NCBI GenBank assembly: GCA_973851085.1
Contig: OZ316775.1
Span: forward strand, 744,001-808,000
Origin: Ptychomitrium polyphyllum
Taxonomy: Eukaryota
Direction: 5' to 3'
DNA length: 64,000 nucleotides
Below, in pieces: positions 39,457 to 51,265 of this stretch. Under the pieces are notes generated by a model. The model was not told where the DNA came from and made no database searches. It saw nothing but the letters and a program-made list of their open reading frames with translations. Position 1 is the stretch's first letter, and the number at the start of each line of letters is the position of its first letter. Made by a program: the position numbers and the translations under genes.

Positions 39457-42400
39457 GCGGGGCTGCTGGGCAGCGTTGGGGGAACCAACAGCACCAGCAC
39501 GCCCCTCAGCGCCCGGTGCCCATCACAGTATACCTTCGTGACCCAGCGGGCTCCGCGTGGAATCGCCTCCCCCCGCCTTGCTCCACAAGACGGCGAACAG
39601 CCTCGCGGACACTCTTGTCCTCCCCCCCTGCGCGCGTGCGTCTCCCGACTCGGTCCCCCGCGCTGCGCCCCTGCCCTGATTTCGCCCGTGGTGCGTCGAT
39701 TTGGTGGTCGTGATTTGTATAGCCAGCAGTATTTTGCAGGCTCATGGTTAGGAACTGCATTGTGGTGCGTTGAGTTTGCAGAGTGTTCTCTCGTATATGC
39801 GGGGTCCCTGTACGGTTACTCCTTTCTGTATTTTTTACTATTCTTTTAATTTGAGTGGTTTGTGGCTACGCTCGGTGAGTTGTTACAGATTTTTAATGTG
39901 TAAGTTGTTGTTCCTTTTGACGGATTTTTCTGGTCCATTTGAATTTAGGCGAGTAGCCATACGTTGTTTGGTTTAGGAGACTTATTTTTAATAAGATTTT
40001 TTATGGAATGTTTGGATTTTTGGTATTAAGAATGTTAAATGTTTAATTTCGAATCCTTCATTTTCTTTTTTGCATTGGTAGTAAGACGGATTTTGTATAG
40101 TGTATAGTGAACTTTATTTCATTGGACTTACTTTAATTAGCTTGATCAATTGTTTGAAATATTGAAGGCTATATAATATACATACTATAATTTTGGTTTT
40201 TTATCTTATTTACTGTTTTTAAGTATAAGTATTACTGCTTTGCAACTGTATTATGTATTGACAATATCAAATGTGTCTTTGAATGGAATAATTTAGTTTT
40301 TATTGAGCGTAAATAATTTAATATTATATGATGAAAACATGTTTATAAAAAAAAATTTATCAAAGATTTGACATACTTGATAAGTTGTTTGTATCTTGAT
40401 TATAGATCTACAATACAATAAGTGTAGTAGCATGCATCTACATGTTTGCTATTTGAAAACAATTATGCATCTAAAGTTTCAAACAATTGTTGTAAAGATT
40501 TCATTCAAAAAAATAATTTACGATATTGTATTGTTTACAAAATACAAATACTTTATTTAAGAAAATTATTTTATGATCTTTGGAATAATGAATAATCCTG
40601 TTTTTTTGTTTTTTTAAAATATATATAAATCTTATATTGATTCATTTAATTTTTTTCATAAATCCATTATTTTTTTTTGAATAAGAAAATCACATTTATT
40701 GAATCAAACCTAAATTTATTAATATAAGTCAGTATATGACAAGGAAAATGTTAGAAACAAAATTCTAATTGCTCAATTGTCAACATCTTATGTCCAATTT
40801 ATAATCGATGTTACAAGTACTTATTTGAAATTTATTCTAAACATCTAGAATTTTGTTTTAAATAATTGTTTTATGGTCTAAATTTTATTTGGGAAAGATT
40901 TAAAGACAAATGCAAATCTTTGAGTACTTTTAATTTCTAAATGAAATTAGTTTAAAGGTGGTTACATTCAAAAACAAACTTATAAATTTATGTATAAAAT
41001 ATCTTGTAATATGTAGTAGCCTATCAAGTGTTATTTTTATTCACAATGTTAAATATTAGTAGTATAATAGAAGTAAAAGTCAATACATGTAATAAAAGAT
41101 AATTTTTAATCTAATGGTTTATAAAACCTATATCTTTCAATATCTTAAATATTTTATTTTTTTATAATATCAATGATTCATGTGTATTAAATATGTATAA
41201 AAAACACAAAATATTATTTAAAAAAATAATTTGAAGCATTTCCTTAAAGAACTACATCACTTTTAAAATTCATGAATTTCATTGCAAAACAAAGCAAATA
41301 AGGTAACTATCACATCTTCAATATAATGGCATTTGATGCAAGTTTTATATATATAGACTTAAGATTTAAAATTTACATATGCAAACAAATAGATTGATAA
41401 AGACAAGACAAAATTATAAGGTTTTTTTGGTACTATGTAAAAAAACCTTAAGATGGATCATTTTAATTTTATTTTAAAATTTTATTGAATTATTAATTAT
41501 TATTTTTTAAATTAAAAATTAATTAATTTTGCATAGGATTCATCTATGCCCTCCAAATTGAATATGTCAAATTATCCTTCATAGTATTCATTCTTTATAA
41601 TCAAAATTAATATGTAGACTATTTAAAAGATACATTTGGAAGTGTAAGGATTGCCAAGGTAATGAGCTAAGAATGTTAGACTGGAGCTTTGAATTTATTT
41701 TTTAAAATTTGGTTTTGTAAAAGAAACTAATATAAACCAACAATCTATTTGTTCTACTTGTAAGCCTATATCTATTGAATACAACTTGATAATAAAGATT
41801 TACATCTTCCAAATTAAGGCAATTGTATTTTACTAGTAACCATTAAAAAGAAACCAAGAACCAAAGAATTAAGAATCAAAGAATCAATAGAATCTATTTT
41901 AATTTATGATTATGTTTTTTTTATGTTGTAATCACCAAATCATGAATTTTGTTGTTAGTAGAAAGTAATTATGTATCTTTAATATGTAGTCTAAGTTCAA
42001 ATGTACGACAAACATCCCTATCAAAGTAAACAGTCTTATGGCCACCATCTTTCTATGAATACCATTTATGAAACTATTCTACAACCACCTTGTACAAGTT
42101 GAAAAATCCAAAAGTACAATGTGTTAACAAATGAGAATTTTAAGTGATGGTAATAAACTTGAAATATGATGAGCCATAAAATAATATTAGTGGTAGTAGA
42201 AGGGATGTGAAAATCCACTTATTTTTAAAAGAAAATTAAAATAGTGATAGGCTTGATATATGGCGGTGTTTTGAATAAATCCAATGAATTATGCAAACAC
42301 ATGATGACAATCAAAATTTAGTGTATAATGGTCATGGCTCACATCCAATGGTACCATAAAATGGAGTAGGAATGAGTTAAGATTCTTCCTTCATACTTCT

Positions 42401-42840
42401 TTACTCCAAGAGGTTTTATCAATAAAAACTTATGTAAATCTTTTGTAAGGTTTTACATCTTATTTTACCATCCATCTAAATAGATGGAAAAAAGAATTGG
42501 CCACCTACATAGGAGCAATTATTATGAAAAGATCTTCTCTTGTTGACCGTCCTAAAAATGCCCTTGAAATGGCCACTCGTGAGCTGATACATGAGAGAAG
42601 ACTTTTTTCATGTTGATTATTTTAGTGGCCGTTCTGTCTAAAATGCCCAAAACAAAAACAGGAGGAACAAAGCGGCCCTTATTGTGGAGGCAGCAGGCTG
42701 AAATTCGAGAGACGAGAGAGACGAAGCACCTGGGAAGAGAACTTGGGGGACGGAAGAGAACCAAGGGATCGGCTGCGTCACAATTCTTTTCCACCCCCCC
42801 AGGGTCCCCGTGCTAGAAAGGGGGAGGAACTTACCGGAGG

Positions 42841-42875
42841 TTATCCATGTCGCAACCAATTGTGTCTAGATAAGG
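42841..42875 (+). promoter_or_regulatory. Candidate light-responsive promoter motifs of petN
   Basis: TTATCC (42841), CCAAT (42856) and I-box GATAAGG (42869) clustered 170-200 bp upstream of the ATG. These are short motifs, so a chance match is possible. Confidence 0.35.
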
Positions 42876-43045
42876 CACCCATGGTCGCCATGCTCCATAA
42901 CCACACAAGTTACAGCGCCCTCCGCGGCCTTCAAGTGAGGCTCGCAAGCGCCATCTCCACCCAACTAGTGCGACACTGCCACTGCCGCTGTATTCTCGCA
43001 TCGATCATCTCTGTGTCTCTGCGCTGCATTGCAATCCCAGCAGCT

Positions 43046-43429
43046 ATGGCCGCCGCCGCCACCAGCCTCGTGGGCGTCGTCTCCACCGCTGCCGTCACGG
43101 GCGCCGCGTCGTCGTCGCTCTTCTCGTCCAAGGTGCAATGCAGGCCTTTGGGCATGGCGCCTGTTCGCAGCGCCGGCAGGATGTCGGTGCGTGCTGAGGA
43201 GTCATCTGCCAACTCCCCGGCTAAGGACGCTGCTCAGGTGAATGCCGAGATTGCCAACAGGCGGGCCATGTTCGCTGCTGCGTCGGCATCTATGCTGACG
43301 ATTGCTACCCCTGCCATGGCTGCTGCAGGAGAAGCCCCGTTTGACCTCACTGGTGTTGCATGGGGAGCTTTGATGGCAGTGTTCACATTCTCTCTCTCCC
43401 TGGTGGTGTGGGGCAGGAGTGGGCTGTAG
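43046..43429 (+). CDS. petN: Nuclear-encoded cytochrome b6f subunit PetN precursor (127 aa) with plastid transit peptide and thylakoid signal peptide
   Basis: C-terminus [28 protein letters not shown] matches plastid PetN ([29 protein letters not shown]). Ala/Ser-rich N-terminus ending VRA, then NRRAMF, a hydrophobic stretch and AMA. No intron in the CDS; GC-rich codons. Confidence 0.93.
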   Translation: MAAAATSLVGVVSTAAVTGAASSSLFSSKVQCRPLGMAPVRSAGRMSVRAEESSANSPAKDAAQVNAEIANRRAMFAAASASMLTIATPAMAAAGEAPFDLTGVAWGALMAVFTFSLSLVVWGRSGL

Positions 43430-44987
43430 AGTTCTGATCCCAATTAGCTAGCCAGCTGCGGTTTGCAGGACCAAGGCCAGGGACGGTTCGAACGAGGTGA
43501 AGGAGTGACTTTCAGCTCAGAGAATAAGTCGGCCATGGCCCGGCAAATTAGAGCCGTCAGGTTACGGGTGCAGAGTTTAATGTGGAATTTCCGACTTCCC
43601 TTGGGAATTGGGTTGTAGGTCTTGCTTGTATCTTTAATCAATTCTTCATTTCGCCAGGCCTTTCGTCCATGATACTGTAGCGTCTGTCCGGATACGCTAC
43701 TTGTAGTTTTCATGAGTGGGTGGATTGTAAGGGTGGGATTGAAGGCTGTTGCTGTGGGGGCAGCTGATGGAATCGCATTCCAGTTTAGAGGTGGAAGCAA
43801 TCAGGTTTGTGTTTCAATTACGCAATTGGGTTGTAGGAGAATGAAAGTGGCCATTTTCTTTAGAAGGGGTGCAGTTACTGGATCGGAGGTGGTTGGTATA
43901 GGTACTGCATGCGTGGAAGTTTTTGTGAGTTCTATGTTTGAGTGCATTATTTGTTGGGCAATCGACGGGTTATATAATTTTACATGCCGAAATTTTGTTG
44001 ATTGTTGAGATGAATCATAGGTTTTCTTATTAAGCAGTGGGTGGATGCAATTTTGAGGTGTATGGACTTTGATGGCACTGTTTCAGCAGCCGCCCTTTTT
44101 GATGCTTGGATGTCAACATCTGGAATTATGACTGCTGCACTCAATAAATTTGTGTTAGGTTAGTCAGTTGATTTGCAAACGGTGATTTAGATTTGAATTT
44201 TGGTTAACCAGAGGTTGTCAATTGGGAACTTCGGCAATGTCCGCTCCTTAGGTTTGTGTTTGAGGCAATTTTTAAAACCGTTTTTCATGTTGTGAAAGGT
44301 CTGCTGCTCACTCTAGCACAGTTGGAATTTAAATTGGAGTTGTTTGGATTTGTGATGATTTTGCTGTGGAATTCTTTCACAGCTGCTCCATTCATGAATT
44401 GTGAGCCGTTTGTAACACAGGATGATGGCGGTCTTATCCTTTTGTTCAGAACTTGACCACTCAATTACCGTATGTTGCTTCTACAATAACGTATGTTTCT
44501 TTTTCATTCGAAAACGTTGTCTCTGATAATGATGGATGTATTGGACAACTGTTAGATCATTAACGTGATATTTTGTCAGATGTGGCTACGAGTATACTAG
44601 AGGTTGCGGTTGTTGTCATGTTCAAAAACAATATATGATAACAATGTTGTGATTACTACCATCCTAGATAGCTGATGGGATTCTGTTACTATTGTTTCAA
44701 ATGATGTGTTGGAGTTTTATGATCGTCAAATTTAATGCCTACCAAATTCGTCACAACAGCATGATCATCAAGAACAGATTTGAACAATGCTCTTCTAATA
44801 TTAGTGCCAAAGAACAATCGTCACAGTAATATGATCCTCAACTTTGAACAGGGCATGACCGACACAGCAGTCATGTTTGCATGGAGGATCCAGCTGTAAG
44901 CCTCAACACCTACGGTGAAGTTGGTCATGCTCAGAACCTGAGCTGTGTCTCGTGCCAACAAGAGCATGCTTTCTCGACTACACAGAT

Positions 44988-45015
44988 GGTGATAATTGTC
45001 TAAACAATTATCACC
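44988..45015. other. Perfect 12-bp hairpin, 4-nt loop
   Basis: GGTGATAATTGT-CTAA-ACAATTATCACC. Confidence 0.85.
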
Positions 45016-47014
45016 GACAATATGACGGCAATACATTGGCAAGAAAATTTCAGCGTAGAATTTGGTCCGATCAGTTTGTGCTGGTGCTCCTGAAGTTCAC
45101 AGGACCTACCGAATCCCTTAGGATGAACCTTGTCGAGTACACATTCCTGTAAATTGATATTGAAGTCTCAGTGAAGTAGGGGGACTTATTCACGTGTGTT
45201 TAACTTACTGTGCACTGATGGATGCATGCATGCATGCTTTCAATTTAACAAAGATATCATTTGGGTTGGCAAATTCATGAGGATTCCATCACGTTTTAGC
45301 TCGGTCAATCAAGTGAATCTGACATTGCTTAAGATTTGACGCCATGGAAGCCAAAATTATGAGCTCACTGGATTGGAGTACCTTCGGAAGAAGATAATTG
45401 CAATTTTCTATCATATTCTTTCACATGGGCTTGGTACCAAAAACAAGCCATGGAATTGGATTCTGCATGGATTACAGATCTTTCTACCTTATTATCCATG
45501 TATTGTTTATTGTTCAACAATTATAGATTTTATCAACCTTTATTTATTAATATCAAGATAATTTTATATGCCATACAATTTAACAAACTAACTGAATCTC
45601 AACAAATTTATTCCTCTATCTTTTATCTTTCTTTTGTATCTTTGAACATATTGCAAATAATATGAATTTTCTTTCTTTATTTTACTTCAATTTTATTTTA
45701 CTTCAATAATTTCACAAAGAACTTCAGATTAATTTCATTTTAAAGCTTTAATTTGATACAAGATAATTTAACATTACAAAAGTACAAATATCATAAAAAA
45801 AAATTGAATTACACTATATGCTTCATTTTTATAATTTTCTTCAAAAGTTTGATTAGGCTAAAATTATATATGATATTACCACCATGGAATAGCCAAATTT
45901 AATTATTCATACATACAAATTTACATGCTTCATATAAATTCCATTATATGCTTCAACCTTACATTCTAGATCATCTTAACAAATTTTTATTCCAAATCTT
46001 TTATTTTTATATGAATGTAGTCTTTATAATTTTTTTATTTATTAACAATCCAACCGCATTTGTACTTATTACTTGCTATATCTTTAATTCCATTGATATA
46101 GATTCACTGTTTGTAGATATTTAAATTAATTCAACATTAAAAAATTTATATCTATTAGCTTCAACTTTTTTCTTTTTCCTTATAAATGATGGTTAGTTGA
46201 TTTGAAAACAATCCTTAAAATGAATATACAAAAGTGGCCTTTTAAAATGTGGTCAACTTCCTATAGATTTTATTCTATTTCTTCAATACATGAAACTTCC
46301 AATTTCATTCTTTAAATCTTCAAAGTCTACTTGTCATCCTTTAACATATAATTTAACATTTCTACAATACGTTGGTATGTGACAATGGCATCTTTTTGTT
46401 CTTTGCATCATAACAATATATTTGTGATGACTTTAATCAAAGATGTTATAAACGCACTTAATGAACAAATTCTTCATATTAGATTCACTTTTAGGTTTAC
46501 TACAATTTGCATAAAATTAATTTTTTATTAAATATAAAGAGCTATTGATGTTTCAACTATGATCAAAGTACATAGAATTAGACAAAATAAAATGGATTGT
46601 GTTTAGTAGCATGTATAGGGTATTTAATCTTACAAATAATCAAATGTCAAAATTTGCAATTTTTTATAATCCTATCATTTTTTTTTTCAATTGAAATTGT
46701 AAGTTTAATTAGGATATGTGTGGATGATAAAACATTGTATTCATTAAATAAAGACATTTTAGAGTCCCAATTTATGACAGTTTAGACCCTTCAAGATTAA
46801 AAATGGAAGTTTCAAAATGTGCATTTTGTCCCAATAAAATGAATATTTACATATAAGAAGAAAGTATTTAAAAGAAATGAAGATTAAACTATAAAGTTTT
46901 TTTTTGAGACCTTGAAGTACAAAGACAAAAGCACTTACTAATTACATTTTAAAGCAATTTCATCTTTAAATTGCTTTCCTTGACTTAGAACTGCTTTAGC
47001 TTATTGCATGTGAA

Positions 47015-48470
47015 GATTGATGGAATGGATAAGCGTTTTGATAGCTACACATGGTATAAGATGTAAAATAAAAAGACCAAGCTAAAGGAGACTTGATTTG
47101 TAGAAGACTATGATATGTAGGCCATATAAAATATCCACGTGATATAAATGAACACATCATAAAGAAATCTTATTAAATAAACTAATCATGATAGTTTAAA
47201 AATGCTCCTTAATTCTTTCCAAGAGACAAACTTCCTCCAACCCTATCATATTTTAATTATAAATTCTATTTGATCTGTCTTCAATGCTTTGCTCCATCTT
47301 TTACTTTGACTTATTATACATTCTTCTATTTTAATATTTTTCATGCATAATTTAAATCTACACAATTATATAATTAATGATGGAATTTAAAAAGATTTTT
47401 TGAATAAAATACTTTAGTAGATTGAAAAGCAAGTCTACACAAAGCCTAAGGCTTTGAATTCATCCATAATCCTGCCTACAAGTTGGAAGTTCCCAAAAGA
47501 CTTTCTACACATGCATATCTTTAATTGCACATCACATCTTAATGAATTTGTCCATGACAATGTCATAGATAAGTTTGAAAATTTTATCAATGCTAATTTT
47601 TGAAATTATGTAAATGGATGAAAATACTTATTAAAAGCAATTTTGGGATAGTGGACAAGATCATGGTGCTAAAGAATTTATGTGGCTTTATGATTATTTA
47701 TAGAAATTTATTTTTAAGCAAGGAATTTGGAAATATAAATTTATTTAAGATATCCATTATTAGAATTGGAAGCAATTGTAGACATTTTGAGGAAAATGCA
47801 ATATGGAAGTAATTTAGAAAACATTTAAATTATATTTGACCACATCAAATGGAAGACTAGTTCAATGATTATTACCTATTGTATTTATGATGTTTGATAC
47901 TACAAAGTAATGATGATTGTAATTTGTGATATGTAATTATAAGATGCAAAGGGCCAATGTTTTTTGTAAAACAATCTCAATAACACCATATCAAAGAATG
48001 ATGTTTCAAATACAAAATATCAAGGGATTTACTATCTATAGTGCCTAAAAAAAAACTAACATTGAGTCTAGATGGTATACAATAATAAAGAACTTTTCAC
48101 TCTTTCAAATAAGAAAGAGATGATTTACCTCTTTCATTAGATTTTGTATGCAAAAATTCATTAGGAACTAATCTACAATATTAGTATAAGCAGCTTTGTA
48201 AATAATACAAGGTTGCAATGAATACAAGCAAAGGAAACATGGGATACAACATCATTAAATTTTAGTAAAATTATATCACCAAAACAAAATAGGATTGATT
48301 TGCTTGAAGCAACATATAATGATTATATCCTACTATTCATATAAGGCACAATATACCAAACATATTTGAAGAGAAACAAGGCTAAAACAAGTTTGCCAAA
48401 GATGAATCAAAGTTTCATGTTGTGCGTCTAACTTATGACTCAATGCTTATCATAAAGGTAATCAAAGTTT
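47015..48470 (+). mobile_element. Decayed Mutator-like (MULE) transposase remnant
   Basis: Stop-riddled ordered motifs DGMDKRFDSYTW, LFKISII, RKMQYGSNLENI*IIFDHIK, CIYDV*YYKVMMIVICDM*L*DAKGQ, KE.IYLFH resemble bryophyte MULE-type transposases (recognised from memory). Confidence 0.55.
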
Positions 48471-51052
48471 ATCAAGTGTTTTAAACTTAAATATAGAAGT
48501 TCTACATTTTAAAAATGCAAATGTATTTGGACTTGCAAAATATAAGATCAATTTAACTTTTAACTTTAACTACAACTATAGTTGTTAAAATAAGGCAAAT
48601 CATTCAATTTAACAAATGAGTGGTAGAACATCCAAAGCTTATATTATGAAATCCTTTTCTAATTTAATTGATTGTATTGCTTTAAAAACATTCATATAAG
48701 AATGTGACCGTAATGCTTTCATGTAACATATTACATGTCTATTAAAGAAACATGCATGGTATTGGCCAAATTATTTAAGCTATTATAGACATCAAATGAA
48801 ACTTTAAGGATGAAAAATGATTAAAAAGTATTCTTTTCCTAATTTATTAGAAGATATAAAAGTCATCAATGCAAAAGCTTGTCCATTGCTAATTATGGTT
48901 TTGTGATAATTACACTGTTTGTTGGAAAAAAGGAACAAAGATGCATTAAGTGTTGGTTTAATCTTTTGTTTTAAAAATGTTGTCTAGAAAAATTAACACT
49001 AATTCTACCTTTCATGAGATTTTGGCTTTAGAGATATAAAATTTTAGATCTAATGGTAGAAAGACTTCTACCATCAATTAACATTTATAATACCAATGAA
49101 TATAATTCTTATGGTTATACTTTAGAGCATTTATTAATTTAAACATGCAATCCACCATATTACACAAGAAACTTGTTTATTGAGTTTTTCATGCCTTATT
49201 TTAGAACATTTTAGAAAGTGGCAAAGCTTTAGAATTGTTAACAATTGTAACAAATTGGTCTTACAAATGCAAGGCAGTAAAGTAAATAAGCAAGAGTTGA
49301 TGTGAAAAAATAAAACTAAGAATTGAATTGATACCAAAAATGACTACAAAATTAAAAATAAAGAAATACTATGGATTAATCCATAATATAGATTAAATTT
49401 TTAATATGGACTCCATCATACCTTTCATTTGTATTACAAAGCTTATGTTGTTAAGATGTGTATGCTTTGTTCAACAAACATGGGATTTTTATTTTATAAT
49501 AGATTAAAATTCTTTGATTTTGTTCATATTATTTCCTCTTAATTTAAGTGCATATATTAACAAAGTGCTTCAATTTTAATTAAGTAGATACAACTTGATT
49601 CAATTTTCTACAAAACTTACTCTATCAAGTGTAAAACCTTCAAATTTTGTAACTTAGAACAATCTTTGTATAGCTTAAAAAATTTATATCAAAAATATTC
49701 ATCTTGATCCACTTAGTTGTTAATTAGTCATTCACCTCTTGCCACTTATTTTTTTCAACAACTTCTATTGGTCATAAACATAATGATGAGTTTTCAATTA
49801 ATATAATTATAATACAAGTTAAATTAATACCATACTAACAACAATTTAATTGTGCATCAAAAATAACAATAAAACACATATTGAATTATTTCATGGCAAC
49901 GCCCTTAGGAATCTTTAATGGGAAATCATAAGAGACTATCAAGAAGTTCTTTGAAGATTATAGACCCTACGCTAAAAAATGTTGGAAGTCAATGAAAGGT
50001 ATAAAAGCCTTCCAATGCTTTCAAAAGATTATGAAAGGATCTAAAAGATTATAGAGATTAATAAAAGACCATAAAAGATGTATGTATACATCAAGGGGAC
50101 ATGCATCCTATTCCATACTTAGGTATAAGATGTGCCATCAAACCTGCCAATAAGAAAACCAAGACCTTCTTCATTTCTATGATTTTTGTTTTGTATTGCA
50201 TATGATTTGACTTCTTAAATATAATTTTACAGGTTCTTAAGAAAAAAGGTCACCAAACAATAACTAAAGATATATATCAAACTATTTGGTACCTCAATAA
50301 ATTTCATCAAATAGGTGACAATGTTTACTAATGAAACACCATTTGGCTATAATGAATATGTGTACATCATTAAATCTAAAATTGCTCCAAAATTTTATGC
50401 ATACAAGATAAGATACAACATTCCATACCATGCTCTAATCATTCAATCCTTAACACAAGGGACACTTCTACTTTCAACTCAATCTCTCAATTCAATATAC
50501 TTCCAGTCCTGGTAAACAAAAACCTAGAAAAAAGAAATTACACAGAACTACAAACGAACGGCTCTTCGCTTAAAAGAAAACAGTAACCAAAACTAAACAA
50601 TCTCCCAAATCAAATAAAATCGGAGGGCAAGCACAGTAGGCCATCACTCCTACATCATTTGTAAATCCCGACACCACAAACCATTTAATCACGAACATAA
50701 AAAAACATACTCTACACTATACCTGACACATTTCTGCCAACCCGAATCTCCATCTCATGTCACCAGCACAAACGAAGAGAGCAAACCGATCACCGAAAAC
50801 AACATCGTACCAAAGCTCCGCGGGCGAAATCAGGGCAGGGGCGCAGCGCGGGGGACCGAGTCGGGAGACGCACGCGCGCAGGGGGGGAGGACAAGAGTGT
50901 CCGCGAGGCTGTTCGCCGTCTTGTGGAGCAAGGCGGGGGGAGGCGATTCCACGCGGAGCCCGCTGGGTCACGAAGGTATACTGTGATGGGCACCGGGCGC
51001 TGAGGGGCGTGCTGGTGCTGTTGGTTCCCCCAACGCTGCCCAGCAGCCCCGC

Positions 51053-51237
51053 TAGGGTTTTCCTTCGCCTCCCTCTCGCCCGCAGACACGATCGGGTTCC
51101 CCGGCGCCATACAGCCGGGACCTCATTGCCGAGCCCTGCTGTCCAGCGCCGCGTTGGGTTCTTCCCATTTCCGGCGTCAAATTTCGCGTTTTCGTGGCGA
51201 TTGCGGGGCGTTCGAGCTCTGGCGAGCATTAGGGTTT
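51053..51237 (+). promoter_or_regulatory. Two telo-box motifs upstream of the right SPT16 ATG
   Basis: TAGGGTTT at 51053-51060 and TTAGGGTTT at 51229-51237. Confidence 0.4.
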
Positions 51238-51265
51238 CCGGGGGTTTGAGGCGCTGGTTGGCGCC

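Larger units (their letters stand above)
26509..39688. repeat. Left arm of giant inverted repeat (at least 13,180 bp)
   Basis: Reverse complement of 50821-64000 with constant coordinate sum 90509 at both ends and for the ORF pairs checked. The outer limit is set by the window edge. Confidence 0.97.

Noticed and set aside
33376..39849. Long ORFs antisense to or out of frame with SPT16 (572, 475, 349, 337, 310 aa) and their mirrors
   Set aside because: Shadow ORFs caused by very high GC; low-complexity Arg/Pro/His translations crossing introns.
42848..42857. TGTCGCAACC identical to the solo-LTR terminus, in the petN promoter
   Set aside because: Only a 10-bp match with no further LTR similarity seen; treated as chance.
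42743..43045. N-terminal 101 codons of the 228-aa petN ORF
   Set aside because: TTG start; the region looks like promoter and 5' UTR. The ATG at 43046 begins a typical MAA transit peptide.
43046..43429. petN as a non-functional plastid DNA insertion (NUPT)
   Set aside because: Recoded GC-rich codons, an in-frame presequence and no flanking plastid sequence.
45221..45260. (ATGC)n palindrome close to the exact symmetry axis (45254.5) of the big inverted repeat
   Set aside because: The spacer is otherwise asymmetric and its length is subject to indels, so proximity to the axis is probably coincidental.
49890..50240. LTR-like AAGATTATA-rich segment
   Set aside because: Resembles retrotransposon non-coding sequence, but I could not define termini or a TSD.
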